From an uncultured beta proteobacterium (lineage in GTDB: Bacteria > Pseudomonadota > Gammaproteobacteria > Burkholderiales > JAEUMW01), in contig CAVRDD010000030.1 in the NCBI GenBank assembly GCA_963719715.1, positions 92,140-156,139 of the forward strand: a DNA stretch of 64,000 nt, read 5' to 3'. How positions within the stretch are numbered: the first letter of the stretch is position 1; each line of letters opens with the position of its first letter. The position numbers and the translations under genes were made by a program. Below the pieces are notes generated by a model. That model was given only the letters and a program-made list of their open reading frames with translations. It ran no database searches and was not told where the DNA came from. Shown here one piece after another: positions 59,572 through 64,000 of this stretch.

Positions 59572-62500
59572 CTAGGCAGGAACAGGCTCCGTTCGAACCT
59601 CGGGAGCGGCGTGCTCGCTCTTCGCGACCGGCTTGATCTTGAACCAGATGGCATACAAGGCCGGCAGGAACACGAGGGTGAGCACCGTTCCGCCGAAGGT
59701 TCCACCGATCAAGGTGTACGCCAGCGTTCCCCAAAAGACGGAATGGGTGAGAGGAATGAACGCCAGCATGGCGGCGAGCGCCGTCAGAATCACCGGACGG
59801 GAGCGCTGCACGGTGGCCTCGACCACGGCATCGAACGGCGCTAGTCCATCCTTCTCGTTTGTGCGTATCTGCCCGATCAGGATGAGCGTGTTGCGCATCA
59901 GGATGCCGGAAAGCGCGATCAGCCCGACCAGCGCGTTGATGCCGAACGGCTGCTGGAACAGCAGCAAGGTTGGAATGACCCCGATGAGGCCCAGCGGCGC
60001 CGTGGCGAACACCATCATCATCAGCGGAGATCGAGCGGACCTGGAAGATGATGATGATCAGCGTAAGGGCGACCATGATGGGAAACAGTGGCGCCAGTGC
60101 GCGATTCGCCTTGCCGGATTCCTCGATGGAACCGCCCTCCTCGATTCGGTAGCCCGGCGGCAGTTGGGCGATGATCGGCTGGAGTTCCTTCCACACGGCG
60201 GTGGACACGTCAGGCGGCTGCAAGCCCTCGGCAATGTCTCCACGCACGGTGATCGTCGGCGTGCGATCGCGGCGGCGCAGGATCGGGTCTTCCATGCGGA
60301 TTTCCACCGTTCCGATCTGCGACAGCGGAATGCGTTGGCCAGCCGTTCCAACCAAGGTGAAATCGGTGATCTTGCTCGGGTCAAGCCGTGCGTTTCCGGC
60401 AGAACGGGCAGCGATCTGCACCGAGCGGATGTCTTCGCGCACGTCCGTGATCGGGATGCCGCTCAACAGGAACTGAAGCTGTTGGGCCACATCGCTGGAC
60501 GTCAAGCCGATGCTCTGGAGCCTGTCTTGATCGAGCGAAAAACGAAGCGTGGGCACGCGCTCGCCCCAATCGGCATTGACCGTTCTCATCTCGGGACTGG
60601 CCTGCATTACGGCACGCACCTGCTCTGCGATGTCGCGGAGCTTGCTGGGGTCGGGCCCCATCACACGGAAAGCCACGGGAAAGGGCGAATACGGACCGAA
60701 CACCAGTTGGGTAACGCGCACCCGAGCCTCCGGCGCCAGACCGTCGGCCAATGCCTGTCGCAGTCTGAATTTGAGCGCTTCGCGCGCCTCTTCGCTTTGC
60801 GTCAACGTGACGATCTTCGCGAACGAGGGATCGGGTAGCTCGGGCGCCATGGCGAGGTAGAAGCGCGGTGACCCTTGTCCGACGTAGGCGGTAACGGTTT
60901 TGGCTTCCGGCTGCCCGGCCAGCCAAGCTTCGACCTTGGCAGTGGCGGCACTCGTCTGCTCGATGGATGTGCCATACGGCATTTGCACTTCGACCAGCAC
61001 CTCCGGGCGATCGGAAGTCGGAAAGAACTGCTTCTTCACCACGCTCATGCCCAATACCGCGACAAGGAACGCGCCGACTACGCTGCCCGCGACCAGCCAT
61101 TTGCGGCGAATCACGAAACCCAGAAGCTGGCGAAAGCGGTTGTACCGCGGCGTGTCATAGATCGCCTCGTGCCCGCCCTCATGCTTCTTGATGTCCGGGA
61201 GCAGCTTCACTCCCAGGTAGGGCGTGAACACGACGGCAACGACCCACGATGCGATCAGCGCGATGCCGACGATCCAGAACATGTTGCTGGTGTACTCGCC
61301 GGCGGTCGACTGGGCGAAACCGTTCGGCATGAAGCCGATCGCGGTCACCAGGGTACCGGCGAGCATGGGCGCGGCAGTATGGCTCCATGCATAGGCCGCT
61401 GCGCGGATGCGGTCGTAGCCTTCCTCCATCTTCACGACCATCGTCTCGATGGCGATGATCGCGTCGTCGACCAGCAGCCCCAGCGCCAGTATCAAGGACC
61501 CGAGCGTGATCCGGTCGAAGTTCTTGCCGGTGGCCGCCATGACGATGAACACAGCCGCCAAGGTCAGAGGAACCGCCGCCGCGACAACGATGCCGACGCG
61601 CCATCCCATGCTGAGAAAGCTCACGAGCATGACTACGCCGAGGGCGACGAAGAACTTGACCATGAACTCGTCGACCGACTCCCGGATATTGACCGACTGA
61701 TCCGTGACTTTGGACAGGCTCATCCCCAGCGGCATTTCCGCGTTGATCGCCGCCGCTTCTCGCCTCCAGCGCCTTGCCGAGGTCGAGGCCATTCCACCCC
61801 TCACGCATGACCACGCCAAGCAGCAAGGTCGGCTCGCCGTTGTGGCGGATCAAGAAAGTGGCCGGGTCTTCGTAGCCGCGCTTCACTTCGGCGATGTCGG
61901 ACAGCTTCAGCGTGCGCCCTTGCGCGGCGATGGGCGTATTGCGGATGCCGTCCAGATCATCGAAAGCGCCGTCCAGCCGGAGGAAGATTTGCGGCCCCTT
62001 GGCTTCGATCGATCCGCCGGGCGTCATGACGTTCCGGCTGTTGAGCGCGGCGAAGATGTCCCGCGGGGAGACGCCCAAGGTGGCGAGGCGGTCATAGGAG
62101 AACTCGACGAAGATCCTCTCCGCCTGCTCGCCGATGATGTTCACCTTCTTCACGCCAGGCACGTGAAGCAGTCGTTGTCGCAACGCCTCGGCTTCGCGGA
62201 CGAGGTGCCGTTGAGGCTCACCCTTCGCCTTCAGCGCGTACAGCGCAAAGGTCACGTCGGAATATTCGTCGTTCACCATTGGACCGATCACGCCACGCGG
62301 CAACTGAGCGGCCTCGTCGCCGAGTTTCTTCCGCGCCTGATAGAACTCATCGGGGACCTCGGCGGGCGGGGTACTGTCGCGCAGGACCACCGTGGTGAAC
62401 GCCAGGCCCGGGCGCGTAAAGGTCTCGGTTCGGTCATACCAGCGGAGTTCCTGCATCCGCTTCTCCAACTTTTCGGCGACCAGCTCCTCCATCTCCTTTG

Positions 62501-62675
62501 CCGTAGCGCCCGGCCAAGCCGTGACGATGGTCATCTGCTTGATCGTGAACGCCGGGTCTTCCGCGCGACCCAGCATCAGGAAGGCCGCGACGCCGGCGAT
62601 GGAAATCGCGACGAGCAGGAACAAGGTGACCGAGCGCTCGCGTACGGCAAGGGCGGAGAGATTGAAGCCGCTCAT
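59572..62675 (-). pseudogene. RND efflux transporter permease, operon 2 (a paralog of 33265-36386), with two frame breaks.
   Basis: The N-terminus reads MSGFNLSALAVRERSVTLFLLVAISIAGVAAFLMLGRAEDPAFTI. The coding sequence passes through ORFs 61179..62675, 59546..61819 and 59572..60021, with breaks near 61760 and 60023. Confidence 0.85.
59628..59654. repeat. 27-nt exact direct repeat, copy 2 (inside the RND gene 2 3' end).
   Basis: CCGGCTTGATCTTGAACCAGATGGCAT is identical to 58904-58930. Confidence 0.9.
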
Positions 62676-63790
62676 GACGCTGCCCCGCCTTTGGCGTCCA
62701 CAGCGGGCGTCGCCGTGCCGCGCAGTCGCACGTGGTCGCCTTCGTGCAGTAGATGCGCACCGAGCGCAACGACGGGATCGCCCACCTTGAGGTTGCCGAC
62801 GACCGAAGCCGCTTCGTCGCTAAGGCGGGCAATTTGCACGGCACGCCACGTGACTCGAGGCGTTTCCCCTTCAACCAGCCATACGCCGGGACCCTTGCCC
62901 GAATCGAAGATCGCACCGATCGGCACCTGCAGCGCCGGGTCGCGCTGCCCGTCCGAGAGCTGGACGGAGATGGTGGAACCCAGCGGCGCGTCGGCCAGAC
63001 TACCCTCCAGCACGTAGCGCGCCTCGAACGTTCGAGTCTGACGGTTTGCCGCGTCCGACAACTGGCGAAGTTTTGCGGAGCCAGTCAGCCCGCTTCCATA
63101 CAATGCGGCCAGGCCGGTGGATCCGATCGCCGGGCGCAGGGTTTCTGGAAGCTCGATGACCGCCTCGCGGCGTCCGGCATGCGCCACACGCACGACGACT
63201 TGACCCGCAGCGACAACCTGCCCCGGCTCCGCCAGCGTCTCGACCACCACACCGTCCGCATCCGCGACCAGGACAGCGTAGCCCGTCTCGTTGCGGGCAA
63301 CGTCGGCCTGGGCTTGGGCCGCGTTGAGCTCCGCTCGTGCCGACTCGGCGGCAGCCTTGACCTTGTCGTAGGCCGATGCCGAAACCGCACCTGCGGACAC
63401 GAGGTCGCGGTGTCGCGCCTCGTCCGCCGACGTCTGGCGCACGCGCGCCCTGGCAGCGGCAACCGCCTCCTCTTGCGCGCGCGTGGCAAGCCTCAAGTCC
63501 GTGGGATCGATGCGCATGAGCGGTTGGCCGCGCTTGACCGTTTGCCCGGTATCAACCAGGCGTTCCAGAACCTTCCCGGGCACGCGGAACCCCAGGTCAC
63601 TCTGCACACGGGCCGCGACGATACCGGTGAAGGAACGCTCCGCGCGGGTAGAGATCTTGACGGAGCCTACTCGCACCAGCGGGGCCTGCGTCCGCGGATC
63701 AGCTGAAGAAGTTGCGTCGCTGCACGCTGCCACGACAAAGGGCAGCAAACCGAGGATGGCAACGAATGCGACATTACGACGCTGAAACAT
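62672..63790 (-). CDS. Efflux RND periplasmic adaptor (membrane fusion protein), operon 2.
   Basis: I use the ATG at 63790 (MFQRRNVAFVAILGLLPFVVAACS, with a lipobox). MFP motifs include GIVAARVQSDLGFRVPGKV and GQPLMRIDPTDL. Its stop overlaps the RND start (ATGA). Confidence 0.8.
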   Translation of the reverse strand: MFQRRNVAFVAILGLLPFVVAACSDATSSADPRTQAPLVRVGSVKISTRAERSFTGIVAARVQSDLGFRVPGKVLERLVDTGQTVKRGQPLMRIDPTDLRLATRAQEEAVAAARARVRQTSADEARHRDLVSAGAVSASAYDKVKAAAESARAELNAAQAQADVARNETGYAVLVADADGVVVETLAEPGQVVAAGQVVVRVAHAGRREAVIELPETLRPAIGSTGLAALYGSGLTGSAKLRQLSDAANRQTRTFEARYVLEGSLADAPLGSTISVQLSDGQRDPALQVPIGAIFDSGKGPGVWLVEGETPRVTWRAVQIARLSDEAASVVGNLKVGDPVVALGAHLLHEGDHVRLRGTATPAVDAKGGAAS

Positions 63791-63821
63791 GGAAACCTCC
63801 GGGAGATGCGTGAAGGCTTCC

Positions 63822-63850
63822 AACGTACAACTAGTGACGTATATTGTCAA
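63822..63850 (-). promoter_or_regulatory. Candidate sigma70-type promoter for MFP-RND operon 2.
   Basis: On the minus strand, TTGACA (63850-63845) is followed by a 17-nt spacer and TACGTT (63827-63822). This lies about 30-60 nt upstream of the ATG at 63790. Confidence 0.25.
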
Positions 63851-63858
63851 TAGTCACT
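63833..63858. promoter_or_regulatory. Inverted repeat AGTGAC-N14-GTCACT overlapping the candidate promoter. It is a possible repressor operator.
   Basis: I read it directly from the sequence. It lies between the partial upstream gene and the MFP start. Confidence 0.25.
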
Positions 63859-63866
63859 TTACAAAA

Positions 63867-64000
63867 TTAGGGGGCCAGGCTGCGCAGCACCAGGTTTGAT
63901 AGTTGCGCCGGAGCCTCCTCGATGAGGTCGAGGTTGTGCTGTAGCAGGAGTGGATTCGCATACGGGTGCACGACTAGAAAGATCGCATGCACCGTCTCGT
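63867..64000 (-). CDS. C-terminal 43 codons of an upstream gene. Position suggests a TetR-type efflux regulator, but this is not demonstrable.
   Basis: The minus-strand frame reads ETVHAIFLVVHPYANPLLLQHNLDLIEEAPAQLSNLVLRSLAP followed by a stop at 63867-63869. The gene runs off the window. Confidence 0.25.
   Translation of the reverse strand, partial: ETVHAIFLVVHPYANPLLLQHNLDLIEEAPAQLSNLVLRSLAP

Noticed and set aside
1-64000. Search for CRISPR arrays, tRNA/rRNA genes, integrase-bounded islands, toxin-antitoxin pairs or recognisable phage-defence operons.
   Set aside because: I saw no regularly spaced repeats, no cloverleaf-like or rRNA-like non-coding stretches, and no intergenic gap large enough to hold them. 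The only mobile DNA present is the two IS elements. The dynamin-like gene sits in a housekeeping context, not a defence-island context.

Overview
This is a GC-rich chromosomal segment. Its gene content and order look betaproteobacterial (Rhodocyclales/Burkholderiales-like): nadD-rsfS-rlmH-maf-rng, yggS-proC-yggT-yggU and pilT-pilU. That taxonomic placement is inference from synteny only. I saw no rRNA, tRNA or CRISPR.

Gene order, left to right:
- cls (partial), then small membrane proteins.
- phaC, a crotonase, PDH E1, and an aberrant E2 with no E3.
- A housekeeping block (nadD to rng).
- A dynamin-like GTPase appended to the yggS-proC-yggT-yggU cluster.
- pilT/pilU, a THUMP methyltransferase, an acyl-CoA ligase, a HIRAN protein and hemJ.
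- mgtA split by a truncated IS3-family element, then an orphan ABC-2 permease.
- A Mrp/Mnh-like cation:proton antiporter cluster (E-F-G-DUF4040/B-C-D-D).
- MFP-RND efflux operon 1.
- A SYLF lipoprotein plus an AsmA-family giant protein.
- gltS, a TAXI lipoprotein and a hydrolase in one operon.
- A GntP-family permease.
- An OmpR-type two-component system plus a HAMP-PAS-GAF protein.
- A Met-rich EF-hand protein, then exported msrB, msrA, a hydrolase and an aminopeptidase.
- An IS1182-family element, an RND 3' remnant and a SnoaL-like gene.
- MFP-RND operon 2 with a putative regulator at the window edge.

Main caveat: many genes are frame-disrupted. Every break I could resolve behaves as one extra base, often in a short homopolymer. 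The breaks are strongly concentrated in the Mrp region, while translational-coupling overlaps remain intact. I read this as consensus or polishing error rather than gene decay, so the 'pseudogene' labels below are provisional.

Most interesting candidates:
- The exported Met-rich EF-hand/MsrB/MsrA module next to a two-component system.
- The TAXI lipoprotein translationally coupled to GltS.
- The E2 lacking its catalytic His.
- The SYLF-AsmA pair.
- The dynamin gene joined to the ylm-like cluster.
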